A stretch of 64,000 nt of DNA from Octopus vulgaris (lineage: Eukaryota): positions 114,204,001 through 114,268,000 of the forward strand of contig OX597819.1 of assembly GCA_951406725.2 (NCBI GenBank), given 5' to 3'. The notes under the pieces are model-generated. The model searched no databases and was not told where the DNA came from. It was given only the letters and a program-made list of their open reading frames with translations. Each line of letters opens with the position of its first letter. The stretch's first letter is position 1. The position numbers and the translations under genes were made by a program. This document shows, piece by piece, positions 12,917 through 26,570 of the stretch.

Positions 12917-13610
12917 TTCTACTGCTGTTACCACTATTGCTACTTCAACTACTGCTGCTGTTCCTCATCCTCCTCTGCCTCCATCTTCCACTTCATTAAA
13001 GAATAGCTTCCAAAATAACAGATTTTGTGCATTCAAACTCACCAATTCACATTTACCAGTGGTCCTTACCTGTGGTAAGTTCAGTAGGGTCACTAAGTCT
13101 AACATTGCATCAAACTAGATCAGGCATAGGCAACCCTTTTTTAATAATAAAAGTGGGCCGCATGACACATGGCACAGCATCAGGCAGGCCACACTACTAA
13201 ATATATTCAAGGTAATTTTTCATTAGGCATGCCATTCAAAAAGCCCCATAGGTCACAGTTTGCCCACAGTTTTATTTCATAAAACCTCTCTGACACAATA
13301 TGCTTATGATTCCCTGTAGTGATTAGTTGTATATTTGGTGTCCCTAAAAGTGTGTCCCATCAAAATTAATATTTTTGAATGTAAAATGCTATCATCTTTC
13401 TGTCTTTACTTTTGTTGTCCAGTCGGTATTCTCTGTAGAAAATAACTCCAGTAAATCATAAAATAGAGTGCTTGTCTCTTTCTCTAGTTTTGCTGTTATT
13501 TTCAAAGATTTTTTGAAGCATTCTAGTGTGGTTAATGTTGTTGGCAGCTTTAAATTAGCTTTTTCTTTAAAGCAGATCTATGATCAATCGCACTCCTACC
13601 TTGACGATAC

Positions 13611-13653
<43 letters not shown>

Positions 13654-13679
13654 TTATTATTATTATTATTATTATTGAG

Positions 13680-14232
13680 TGAGAGAGCAGTTCATGCCAT
13701 CAAAGTGACACTGGGGTAAAATATACGAAGCCCAATATACCCATCATGACTACCCGTCTGATAAGGGTACACCAGGCACATGCATCACAACCATATGTGC
13801 GCGACATGGTGATCTCATATCAAGATAAACAGCACATGACCTTGCAGGTGGGGCCCAGTTAGAATTTTCTTCAGGTTGAGTAGCCCATCCCGCTCAAACG
13901 GTCCCTGAATAAGGGTTGTTTAAGGATGTTGAAAGAACCACCCATGTTTCCAGAGGTGAATTATTCAAACCTCAAAGAATCCCTCTCAACACATGGCTAT
14001 GATGCTCCCCCACTACTTCTGCTCGTGATCAGAGATGCACATATCGTCAGCCACTAAGGGGCATGCTCAACTGGTTATGGTTAAACAACTGACAAGCAAA
14101 TCTGTGGTATTGAGCAGAATATTTGCTGTAGCCCATCTTTTATACCAAGACAAAACAATGTACATGATAACACTTCCAATCAGTTAAGATCAGAAGCCAT
14201 GAGAGCCACTGCCTGGTGCTGCATCAGGGCAT
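13680..14232. mobile_element. ~550-bp non-coding interspersed repeat embedded in (ATT)n
   Basis: Copies at 13680, 15650 and 51930 all begin ATTATTATT-GAGTGAGAGA..AG..CATG..ATCAAAGTGACACTGG. Confidence 0.8.
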
Positions 14233-14295
14233 TTATTATTATTATTATTATTATTATCTTTATCATTATTATTATTATCTTTATTATTATTATTA

Positions 14296-14366
<71 letters not shown>

Positions 14367-14394
14367 GCTGCTGCTGCTACTGCTACTACTACTT

Positions 14395-15029
14395 AGGTGA
14401 CAAGCTGGCAGAATTGTTAGCATGTTGGGGAAAATGCTAGGCAGTATTTCATCTGCCACTACATTCTGAGTTCAAATTCTGCAAGGGTTGACTTTGCTTT
14501 TCATCCTTTCAGAGTCAATTAAATAAGTACCAGTTACATACTGGAGTCGATATAATCGACTTAATCCTCTCCCCCCAAGCTGCCCTTGTGGCAAAATTTT
14601 AAATTGCTATTATCATTTATAGAAAACTAGCAGAATCGTTAGCACACCGGGTGAAATGCTTTGCGATATTTCATCTGCCAGGGTCGACTTTGCTTTTCAT
14701 CTTTTCGGGATTGATACAATAAGCTCTAGTTATGCGCTGGGGTCGATGTAATTGACTTAATCCTTTCCCCAAAATTTGAGGCCTTGAGCTCCCAGTAGAA
14801 GGGATTATTATTAATATTGGTAGCAAGCTGGCAGAAACGTTAGCACACCGGGCAAAATGCTTAGTGGTATTTCATTCGTCTTCATGTTCTGAGTTCAAAT
14901 TCTGCCAAGATCGACTATGCCTCTCATCCGTTTGGGATTGATAAAATAAGTACCAGTTGAACACTGGGGTTGATGTAATCAACTCATTCTCTCCCCCAAA
15001 ATGGCTGCCTTTGTGGCAAAATTTTAAAC

Positions 15030-15030
<1 letters not shown>
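14395..15030 (+). mobile_element. Three tandem copies of a fourth tRNA-derived SINE family (CpG-decayed)
   Basis: Repeated AGCTGGCAGAA..GTTAGCA...GAGTTCAAATTC...GACTTTGC.TTTCATCC...AAATAAGTACCAG; more copies at 15400, 18195, 18800 and 57800-58690. Confidence 0.85.
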
Positions 15031-15071
<41 letters not shown>

Positions 15072-15601
15072 GTGAGGGTATGTGGCCTAGTGGTTGGGGT
15101 GTTGCATTTGTAATCTTGCGATCATGATTTCAATTCCTTGACCTGGTGGTGCATTGTATTCTTGTGCAAAACGCTTCATCTCACATTGCTCTTTGATCAC
15201 TTTGACATCTGATGCATGGTACACAGTGCTCCTGTTCAGACAACATCAATTTGATGGAGAGAGTGAGCTAATGTGTGGCCCGAACATTTGATCACTATAA
15301 ACGTATCATTTGTGTAGGTCGTTTGGCAAAAGCTGAATGCTCATACATTATCTTCGATGGGAGAATCCATCATCATCATCATCATCATCATCATTATTTA
15401 AGGTGGTGAGCTGGCAGAATTGCTAGCACACTGGGCAAAATGCTTACTGGTATTTTGTCCATCTTTACTTTCTGAGTTCAAATTCCATTAAGGGCAACTT
15501 TGCCTTTCATCCTTTCAGGGTTCATAAAATAAGTACCAGCTGATCAGTATAATTAACTTAACTTCTCCCTCAAACTTGCTGGAAATGTGCCAAAATTTGA
15601 A

Positions 15602-15649
<48 letters not shown>

Positions 15650-17594
15650 GAGTGAGAGAACAGTGCATGCCATCAAAGTGACACTGGAGTAAAATATACG
15701 AAGCCCAGTATACCCATCATGACTAACTGTCTGAAAAGAGTACACCAGGTACATGCATCACAACCAATGTGCATGACATGTTGATCTCATATCAAGATAA
15801 ACAGCGCATGACCTTGCAGGTGGGGCCCAGTTAGAATTTTCTTCTGGTCGAGTAGCCCATCCTGCTCAAAAGGTCCCTGAATAAGGATTGTTTAAGGATG
15901 TTGAACGAACCACCCATGTTTCCAAAGGTGAATTATCCAAACCTCTAAGAATTCCTTTCAACACACGGCTATTAGGCTCCCCCACTCCTTCTGGTCAACT
16001 GGTTAAGGTCAAACAACTGACAAACAAATCTGTGGTATTGAGCATAATATTTGCTGTAGCCCATCTTTTATACCATGACAAAACAATATACATGATATCA
16101 TCATCATCATCATCATCACCATCACCATCATCATCATCATTCCTTCATTGTTCGTGGAAGCAAGCAAACACAGCTAGGCAGGAAGACAAGCAATTGTAAA
16201 CTGATTGATGCAATGTGTGAATTTATGAAGGTGGCATTAATGAAGCGAAGAATGGAGACAGATAAATTTTCTTGAAAACCAAATGTGACTGGGCGAGGAG
16301 GAAGTGATGAATATGCGTAGTGGACAGACTAAGGGATGTGGTCAAATATTGGGTAACAAAGATATTGGAAATGTGTAAACATTCATGTTTGAGATCAGAC
16401 TGAAATGAAATATATCTTCTCAGCCACAGTCAATAGAATAAGCACACACACAGAGTTTTATGCATACATATGCAAATGCGTGCATGTATGAACGTGTGTG
16501 TGTGTGAAGGTACATGGCCTTGTGGTTAGAGCGTTACAATCACAAGATCTTGGTTTCAATTCCCAGATCAGGTGGTGCATTGTGTTGTTGAGCCAAACAC
16601 CTCCTTTCCAGTTGCTCTGTGGTGACTCTCTCTCTCTCTTTACTCTTTTACTTGTTTCAGTCATTTGACTGTGGCCATGCTGGAGCACCGCCTTTAGTCC
16701 AGCAAATCAACCCCAGGACTTACTCTTTGTAAGCCTAGTACTTATTCTGTCGGTCACTTTTGGTGAATCGCTAAGTTACGGGGATGTAAGCAGACCAGCA
16801 TCGGTTGTCAAGCGATGTTGGGGGGACAAACACAGACACACAAACATATACACATGATCGCTACAAACAAATCATTTGTGCAGGTTGTTTGGCAAGAAGT
16901 GGTGGAACCCTCATCTGTCATTTGGGGCAGGAGAGTCACCACCACCGCCGCCACTAATACCACCACCACCACCACCATCACCACCACCATCATCATTTAG
17001 CATCTATGCTTCATGCTGACATGGGTTGGATGGTTTCACAGGATCCAATGAGAGCCAAGACTGCGTTGTGTGGAGGCGCATGGCTTAGTAGTTAGGATGT
17101 TTGACTCATGATCATAAGATTGTGGTTTCGATTCCTGGACCAGGCAATGCATTGTGTTCTTGAGCAAAAAACTTCATTTCACGTTGCTCCAGTCCACTCG
17201 GCTGGCAAAAATGAATAACACTACGACAGACTGGCATCCCATCCAGGTGAGGAATATATACGCCATGGAAACCAGGAAACTGGCCCTTATTAGTCGCCAT
17301 GACTTGAGAGAGTAACTTCTTCTAAACCTCACAGGACTCAATTGGGTTCTATTGTCTGCTTTGGCATGGTTTCTTCAGCTGGATTCCCTTCCTAATGCCT
17401 GGGTGTCTTTCTGGTTCTATCTGTACTTGTTGGGTCACCATGCAGCTTGCAAACCTATGAAACCCAAAGGGAGGGGCCTTATTCTAGCAAATAAGAGTCA
17501 AGGTTTGAGAGAGTGGGATGGAGAAGAGCAGATTCTTGTTGTAAGGGAAGCTACATGGCTACTCAGATTTAGGAGAGAATGAAAAATGAATCAG

Positions 17595-17667
<73 letters not shown>

Positions 17668-17710
17668 GTCTGTCTGTCCCTCTGTCTCTCTCTCTCTCTC
17701 TCTCTCTCCT
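17595..17710. repeat. (ATCT)n/(CT)n microsatellite
   Basis: Read directly from the sequence. Confidence 0.95.
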
Positions 17711-19419
17711 CTGTTTTTATAAATTTCTACTCGCAGACTGATAGTTTGACCTCTTTTTCATATTCTTATATCCTTTTATTCTTTTACTTGTTTCAGTCAT
17801 TTGACTGTGGCCATGCTGGAACACCACCTTTAGTTGAATAAATCGACCATTTATTTTTTGTAAGCCTAGTATTTATTCTATCAGTCTCTTTTTTGCCAAA
17901 TGGCTAAGTCATGGGGACATAAACACACCAACATCGGTTGTCAAGTGATGGTGTGGGTACAAACACAGACACAAACAACACTTACATACATACATACTTA
18001 CATACATACAACGGGCTTCTTTCAGTTTCCGTCTACCAAATCCACTCTCAAGGCTTTGGTAAGCCCAAGGCTCTAGTAGAAGACACTTGCCCAAAGTGCC
18101 ACACAGTGGGACTGAACCCAGAACCATGTGGCTGGCAAGCAAGCTTCTCTACCACACAGCCACTACTGTGCCTTTTAACATTAGTAGCATTAAGAAGGCA
18201 GTGAGATGGCAGAATGGTTAACATACCGAACAAAATGTTTAGCAGCATTTTTTCTATCTTTGCATTCTTGATTCAAATCCTGTGGGGGTCGACTTTACCT
18301 TTCATGCTTTCAGGGTCAATAAAATAAGTACCAGTTAGAGCACTGGGGCTGATATAATTGACTGCCCACAAAACTTTAGGCCTTGTATCTATACCAGAAA
18401 AGATTATTAGTAACAATTATTTTCCCTAGTGGCTTAATGTTTATCTGGCTCCCTGGTCTACAACACTTGGTCCTGCATCCATTATATGGCTGCATTAAAC
18501 ACAGGGAAATTTTTTTTGAAACATTTAAAAATATAAAACGTGTCTTATACACCAGCAAATACAGGATATTTAAGAAGTAATTAGATCTCATCACTCAATA
18601 TTCTATTGATTTTAGAATGAAATTTGGTTTTCAAATGAGAATGATAAATGGCAGTAAAGACAGGAAAACTAGTATTTTGTGAAATAGTTCTAAAAATAAA
18701 GATTTTACAATACAACCTATACAGACTATGAAAAGTACAATTGTCTAAATCAAAATGAAAATATATACAACAAGCTTCTTGTTAAATATAATGACCGAAT
18801 CATTACCATGTTGGACAAAATGCTGTGTAGTGTTTCTTCTGAGATCAACCCCTGCCGAGGTCAACTTTGCATTTCAACTTTTTGGGGGTCAATAAAATAA
18901 AATTCCATCCAAGTACTGAGGTCAATGTAATCAACTAGCCTCCCCCTAAAATTGCTGGCCTTGTGCCAGAGTTTGAAACCATTATTAAATACAGTAACCT
19001 AATCAATGTAGAGACATAAAACAAAAATGAAAGTTACTGTGGTAAATCAACTTCTTATTTACTTATTTTATTTCTTGCAACATTTTCACTGTAACTCTAC
19101 TGACCCATATTTTTGGCATTCTGTCTTGGATACGGCAAGAATTGAGTGATTCAGATGAGGAAGTGTGAAAGCCGTTCAGTGTCACAGGAAATCTTAACGT
19201 TAATGATGAAGTAGGTAGGGCTGTATTTCCTCCCAACACAAGAAAGTTGGAGGTCAGGGCATGGTATCTGTAGTGATAGGATACATCGTGATCCATATTT
19301 TAACACTGCAACAAAATCTGCATTGGAGGAAAGCAAAGTGCCAATATCTTGAAGTTTACCATCACAAAATGAACATCATTATAATATAGGTATATTACTA
19401 ATACACACACATACATCAA

Positions 19420-19570
19420 ACAAAAGAAAGAAAAAGAAAGAAAAAAGGAAAGAAAGAAAGAAAGAAAAAAAGAAGGAAAGAAAGAAAGAGAAAGAAAGGA
19501 AGGAAGAAAGAAAGAAAAAGAAAAAGAAATAAGGAAAGAAAGAAAGAAAGAAAGGAAGGAAGGAAGAAAG
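19420..19570. repeat. (AAAG)n/(AAGG)n microsatellite
   Basis: Read directly from the sequence. Confidence 0.95.
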
Positions 19571-20461
19571 TTTCAGAACAGTATAATAGAGAGTATGAGT
19601 TTCATTGATGATTTAAATTTTAATGTTTAACCACATTAACTGGTAAGGTGACAGACAGACAGCTATATAGGTTAGGAATTAAATTAACCAATGAATAACT
19701 GTAGACTGAGTCCTATTGCTGGATAATTTGTTATTTGTGACTTGTGTTGAATAGAGCTTTTGGATTTAAAAATCCATCACCAGATGTGATTTTTTTTTTT
19801 GTGTGTGTGTGTTTTTGTTATTACATCAATAACTGGATAGTGAAATACTGCTACTGCTCAGAGAAACTGTTCATGTATTTCAATGTATCCACCCCACTTC
19901 AGCCATTCATGATAGGTTTCAGTTTTTTTATGAAATGCACTTTGGTTATCCAAAGACTTCCTGTATCTTGGTTTTTTGTTAAGATCTCCATTGACAAATT
20001 TCCTCCTCAGGTGGGAACACTGTACTGTATTGGATATTATTGTAGATATTTTAATGCAGGAATAGGTGTAGTTTATAGAATGTAGAATAATGCGATACAA
20101 AATATCATCCATGCTGAGTATAGGATATAGAATAATAAAGAATAGAATATGGGAGAGGTATAGAATATGAGAAGTGGTATAGAATATAGGGTTATAAGGT
20201 GGAGGATATGGAAAAAACAGGAGTTATAGAATATAGAAGATGCACAGAATATGAGAAGAGGAATAGAATACTGAATAACGGGAAATAAAATAAAGACATA
20301 AGATTTATAGGGAAGAGGATAGAATAAGGTATAAATAATGAATATAAAAAGAGGTTAGTAAATATAACAAGAACACTTGTAAATCAACATAACGTAAATC
20401 CATTACACGAAAATATACAAATGATTTTGTCCAGGTACCCCTTCATTGTAAAGGTGTATTT

Positions 20462-20831
20462 CAGTGGTTCTCAACCAGGTCTGTATGACCCTTGGGGGTC
20501 CATATAAGATTTTATTGTTAAAATTTATCTGCAATAAATTGGTTATACTTGTACAATGCACAAAATATTTTAACAATTTTTTTAATACAATTCCTAATAA
20601 TATTTTAAAGTGTAATAGGATTTTATTTAAACTGTACTGAGGTCAACTGATTAGATTTTATTTAAATAGGCATAGGAGTGGCTGTGTGGTAAGTAGCTTG
20701 CTTACCAATCACATGGTTCCGGGTTCAGTCCCACTGTGTGGCACCTTGGGCAAGTGTCTTCTACTTCAGCCTCGGGCCAACCAAAGCCTTGTGTGTGGAT
20801 TTGGTAGACGGAAACTGAAAGAATCCCAATG

Positions 20832-20864
<33 letters not shown>

Positions 20865-21174
20865 GTATGTGCGTGTATAAGTTTGTGCGTCTGTGTTTGT
20901 CCCCCCAACATCGCTTGACAACCGATGCTGGCATGTTTACGTCCCCCGTAACTTAGCGGTTCAGCAAAAGAGACTGATAGAATAAGTACTAGGCTTCCAA
21001 AGAATAAGTCCTGGGGTCGGTTTGCTCGACTAAAGACGGTGCTCCAGCATGGCCACAGTCAAATGACTGAAACAAGTAAGTAAAGAGTATATCGAATAGC
21101 TAGGAGGGTCCATCCAAGTAAAACAAGAGTCAAAGGAGTCCTTAGGTAAAAAAAAAAATGGTTGAGTAACACTG
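20462..21174. mobile_element. hAT MITE with 8-bp TSD, interrupted by a full CORE-type SINE (20668-21088, +)
   Basis: GTGTATTT-CAGTGGTTCTCAACC ... GGTTGAGTAACACTG-GTGTATTT. Confidence 0.9.
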
Positions 21175-21379
21175 GTGTATTTTAGACAAGTTCATTTGTA
21201 AATAGGTTGAGAGAAAAGTGCTGGCCTGGATGTGTGGTTAAGAAGTTCGCTTCGCAACCACATGTTTCTGTATCAATCCCACTCTGCAGCACCTCAGGCA
21301 AGTATCCTGCATTGACCAATATATTGTGAGTATAATTTGGGAGGTAGAAACTTGAGAAAAGCATATATACATATATACA

Positions 21380-21752
21380 AGCCCCGTGCTAGTAGGGTAT
21401 TAAGAGCACCATCCAAGCGTGATCGTTGACAAAGTGGCTATCTGGCCTCCGTGCCGGTGACATGTAAAAAACACCATTCGAGCGTGATCGTTACCAGCAT
21501 CGCCTTACTGGCACCCGTGCCGGTGGCATGTGTAAAAGATTCGAGCAAGGTCTTTGCCAGTGCTGCCTGACTGGCACGTAAAAGCACTCGCTACACTCTC
21601 GAAGTGGTTGGCATTAGGAAGGGCATCCAGCTGTAGAAACTCTTGACAGATCAAGATTGAAGCCTGGTGCAGCCATCTGGTTCGCCAGCCCTCAGTCATA
21701 CGTCCAACCCATGCTAGCATGGAAAGCAGATGTTAAACGATGATGATGATGA
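21380..21752 (+). mobile_element. RTE-LINE 3'UTR-like repeat with ~60-bp subrepeats and (GAT)n tail
   Basis: GGCATTAGGAAGGGCATCCAGCTGTAGAAAC...GTCCAACCCATGCTAGCATGGAAAG...GATGATG; more copies near 6205, 11250, 26175, 29748, 33069, 37425, 39315(-), 46851(-), 53680, 60818(-) and 61365. Confidence 0.8.
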
Positions 21753-22217
21753 TATGTATTTCATCAATATCATCATTTTATGTCTGTTCTCCATGCTTGC
21801 ATGGATTGGACATTTAGTAAGAATCTGATAAGTCTGAAGACCAAATCTTGTTTCATTCATTTTTACATCCTTTTTTTTTTTTCTGGCTTGCATGGGTTAG
21901 ATGAATATATCATTGAGGCATTGCTTTATAGGTGGAGACCTGTCCTATTGCTAACTTTTACCAGGTTTTCAAATAAGGGAACTCTTATTCCACATGTCCT
22001 TGAAAGTACAAAGCCAGTGGATGATTTGTTGAAAGGGAAAATGATGACAGCACTTTTTGTAGATCAATAATTTTTGGAAAAGTACAAATGCAAACACACA
22101 TACACATATGAAAGAATGACAGGTGTTCCCTAAACACCTGGTCACAATTTATTGTTCTTATTATTCCAGCAGTCAACTTCAAAATCAATGTTGTCACTCT
22201 ATTTCTTTACTTTTTAT

Positions 22218-22490
22218 TATTACCTCTGCCTTAGCAAAGGTGAAAGTCTTGTTTTCAGTTGTGTTTGTTTGTTTGCTGGATGGATTTGGATGAAACTTTC
22301 AGGGATGTCTGGCCTCGTGACTGGCATGAACTGATTAGATTTTGGGACAGATCCGGTACCAGACAAGGATTCTGGATTATTTTTCCTGTTTATTTATTTA
22401 ATTTTTGAGGGTGGACGAGTTCATTTTTAGTATTCTCATTTGTGAGAGCAGTCAAGTTTATTTCAGATATTCTCATTTTTAAAATCATCT
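22218..22490 (+). mobile_element. Helentron/HINE-like non-autonomous fragment
   Basis: T-rich site followed by ATTACCTCTGCC..AAGGTG..TTGTTTTC, (GTTT)n and GGATTTGGATGAAACTTTCAGG..GATTAGATTTTGG, a pattern typical of this group. Confidence 0.45.
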
Positions 22491-23349
22491 GTTTTTTTTT
22501 ATATTTTTAAATTTCTTCCCTTTTTCCTCCATTTTTTGCTATAGTCCTTTGCTTTAATGTTTTTCTTCTTTTCTTTTTATTTCATTTTTTCTTTAATTTA
22601 TACAAGAGTCAATGTGAATTTTGTATTTCATATTTTAAAAAAAAACCTGATGGTTCTTGCATGTTATGCAAATCATAATTATATAATTATGATCATTGTT
22701 GTGATGTCTTTCTTTATGAGTTATTGAAACAGCTGTAAGAACAAATATTTCATAATATCACCAATATTGTTTTTTATATTTTTTCAAATATCTTTTGCTC
22801 TATTCATCTGTTGCAGCCTATTCTGCAGCATATGCAACAGTGAACATGGATATGCATTTTACTTGTGAATTTTCAAAGTTTAACTATAAGTTTAATATAT
22901 ACGATGAGCTTCTTTCAGTTTCCGTCTACCAAATCCACTCACAAGGCTTTGGTCGGCCCGAGTAGAAGACACTTACCCAAGGTGCCACGCAGTGGGAATG
23001 AACCCGGAACCATGTGGTTGGTAAGCAAGCTACTTACCACACAGCCACTCCTGCGCCTACTGTACATGCACCTTTGATGAGTTGTAGTGCACTTGAGCAC
23101 TATACACAATAATTTCATTATTATTATTATTATTATTATGATTATTATTATTATTGTTATCATTATAGTATCTGTATTTTCTGAGTTTAAATTCCAACGT
23201 AGTTGATTCTACTTTAGATTTTTTTCCCAGGTCAGTAAAATAAGCCTCCTCTCTCTCTCTGTCTCTGTCTCTCTCTCTCTCTCTATCTGTCTCTCTCTCT
23301 CTCTCTTCCTCTCTCATTATGTAATATTGTGTATATGTTAGAATTAATT

Positions 23350-23540
23350 TTATTGTGTCTGGGGAAAGTCATTCTCTTTTAGTGCCTTATTAATTTAACA
23401 CAGGACTATTGAGAAGGTTGCAAGTCGCAACAAAAATTTTAGTAAAAAATAGTAAGTAAATGAGTGGAAATCAAACCAGTGAGGGTGTTGAATTAATAAG
23501 ACACTAAAAGAGAATGACTCTCTCTAGACATAATAAAATA
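23350..23540. repeat. Fold-back with ~52-bp arms
   Basis: TTTTATTGTGTCTGGGGAAAGTCATTCTCTTTTAGTGCCTTATTAATTTAACAC is mirrored by GTGTTGAATTAATAAGACACTAAAAGAGAATGACTCTCTCTAGACATAATAAAA. Confidence 0.85.
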
Positions 23541-24901
23541 TGCTTCAACACACAAATTCACATAAAGAATCTTGCAAACCACATACAAAAACGAAATTAG
23601 AACTAATTATTATGATAATAATATGGAAGTTAAGTAAAACAGTGTTATACAGAGTGTACATATTCCAAAAATGCAATTATGGCTTCAATTAGCAAACTGT
23701 ACAAGCTATTATCACTGAAACCAAATACACCAAGGCTTTACTATCTAAAAGCAATGAAACAATTATATCACAAAGAAACCTTCATTAAATGATTTGGCAA
23801 GTTTTCCACTTCATGCCCTATACTGATTGTTGTATACATTATATTGCTATATATACATAAACACAATTCACTCACTCTTTATATATTATGCTCTCATTTT
23901 TGCTGAAGTGCATGTTAAAGCTTGTGTCTGTACTGTAATAGCATTCCGAACAAATGTTTTCTAATAGGGTCCTATTAAATGTCATGTTACAGATTCTCAG
24001 TTAAATGTTCTCGAATAAGGCTTCAGTTATGTGTACGCTTGTAGGGTTGCATGTATATGAAAGGTAGTCTGCTTGTGAATACAAGGAAAAAATTGGTTAT
24101 GAACTCCCAGCATAGATAATTTGTGGAATCTAGTTTTCAGCATTAGATTTCTATGGACATCGTATTCAAATTTCAGTGAGTTCTCTGTCCAGCCATTTCT
24201 TTATATCTCTCTCTCTCCCCCTCTCTCTCCTCTTCTCTATTTCTCATCTGTTATAGGAACTGATTTCTCTCTTTGTGTGTAGAAGGTAACTGCTTGAGAT
24301 GTGATAGAGATGCAATACAGCATGTTAGTGAATGAAGATCTACATAGAAGGGAGAGAAAAAGAATTGAACTATAGATGTATATAATTATATTTAAAATGT
24401 TCATGTACATTCAGACATGGAAACACTTTCACTGCAGAAACTGTGTTGGGAGAGAAATTATCCTTATAGATAAAGTGTGTGAAAAACACACCATTGGGTT
24501 ATGAATGAAGTCACTGAACTATAGGACACATTTTTCTGTGCCATTAAACTTCATCAAATTACTTGTTTATAGCCTAGTAACAGCTGTCATTCTTATATTC
24601 AAACAACAAATAATAAATTTGCTGATGGGTGCAAAGCTTTGTCAAGCTGAAATTAGAGGCACATATGAAGCAGTGATGATTAGCGTATTTGTGTGTACAT
24701 TTATATTTAACATGTTTGTGTACAGTCAAACATAGAAAAGCCTTTGCTGAGGAAACTGTTTTGGGAGATAAATTCTCCTTATAGGTACACATGTTTGTTG
24801 ACCCAATGACAACATTCATAGCCCAGTAGTGTGTTAAAGGAGAATGTCTCACCCAAGACATTTTCCTTAGTGAAGGTCATATATTGATATACACCTATAT
24901 T

Positions 24902-25354
24902 TTAACCCTTTAGCATTTAGATTACTCAGTCAAATGTAACACTTTTTTTATTTGCATTGTTTTGACTTAATCATGTATTATCTTGTAGCTTTAAGATTTT
25001 GATGATGTGATTGTTTATCTTTAGAATGGCATTGCAGAGCAGGTGTGAGAGTCTGGGTCTGGCTGGTTTAACCCTTTCGTTGCTGTATTTATTTTGAGAG
25101 TCTCTGTGTTTCTTTCAATCATTTTAAATATAACAAAGAATTTAGTAAAATAACTTAGTTATCTTTAAGCTAGTGTTAGGAACGTAAATTGCGACTAAGA
25201 CTTGGTGGAATATTCTAATTCAAAACTTATGAAAACAAGACATTTTACCACAAAGCCAGAGCCGGTTTTGGCTGGGTTGGTATCAAAAGGGTTAAACATA
25301 AAACAGGTTGAATATTTGGACTAGGTATGATCACTTTAAATGCTAAAGGGTTAA
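24902..25354. mobile_element. Nested TTAA (piggyBac-like) MITEs; inner element 25068-25295
   Basis: Outer TTAA-CCCTTTAGCATTTA / TAAATGCTAAAGGG-TTAA; inner TTAA-CCCTTTCGTTGC / GTATCAAAAGGG-TTAA. Confidence 0.85.
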
Positions 25355-26530
25355 TTAATTATCACTGCTTAGTGTAATTCCAATTAATTAAAATATGGTT
25401 CATTATATAAATGTCGTAACAACGGCCAGTATGAACGAACCAATTCTGAGGATACACCTGTGAAAAATTAAAAGGAAATATAAAAGGAGAAAGGGGCTCT
25501 CTACCCCACTTTTGACCAGGCTCCTGTGGCTTTTATGGGTTTTTCCACGAGTAACCTTTCGAAGTGCCTCCCCCTATTGGGAGTTTTAATTGTTACTTAT
25601 ATTTCGTTGTTATCCTGCTTTTGTACACGGACTTTTTTCAAACGGACAAAACCTTTTGTAACTTTCATCCTGTGTTTTGTCCCTTTATGTTTTAATTGAT
25701 TGTTGTTAGCCCTTGTGGCCAATAAACGAATTAATTATATGGTAAAATGTATGAAAGACAGGGAACAAGTGAACTGACAAAATGGCTGTAGACTAAAGGC
25801 ATGAGTTATATGATGCCAAGGGAGGCAACTGTGTTGGTGGGGATGAGTAGAGCTTGTGATGCTAAGGAATGTGATTTGCTCAGTGAGAAATTCCCATATA
25901 GGAATGAAGACCTTAAATACAATTTTCAATGGGAAAATGACAATCTGGTTTCCTTCAATAGCACCAAGAGAGTATTGTGAGAAGTATCAACGGATCGACT
26001 AACGCATGGAAAACAGTGGGGACAGAAGAGAGAGGGTCCATGTCAGTTAGTCATACACTCACCAATCACCTCAATTCTGTCCTTTCACCTGCTGTGTTAA
26101 CTGAAGAAAACTGGGGCAAAACTAACGAGATCAATCATTAATATGGTGTTTTGTATATGTGTGTATATTTTACAGGTGTAGAAACACTGCCAGATCAGAC
26201 TGGGCCTGGTGCAGCCATCTGGCTTCCCAGACCCCAGTTGAACTGTCCAACCCATGGTAGCATGGAAAATGGACGTTAAACGATGATGATGATGATGATT
26301 TATGCATAGCACAGAAGGATGTAAACCAATGATGATGGTGATGATGATGATGATGATGATACACACACTCAAAAACGCACACACAACACACATGCACACT
26401 CACATACACACATATATCATATATGCATATACATACATATAAAAATGATGAGAAGATAATATATGCGTATAAATACACCCCCAACAAGACACAGACATAC
26501 ATATACATTCACACAAACCTACATACAAAT

Positions 26531-26570
<40 letters not shown>

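Noticed and set aside
13070-13116. Minus-strand 45-nt exon FDAMLDLVTLLNLPQ with CAG|GTAAG donor
   Set aside because: The would-be acceptor lacks a pyrimidine tract and abuts a hAT-like TIR; insufficient support.
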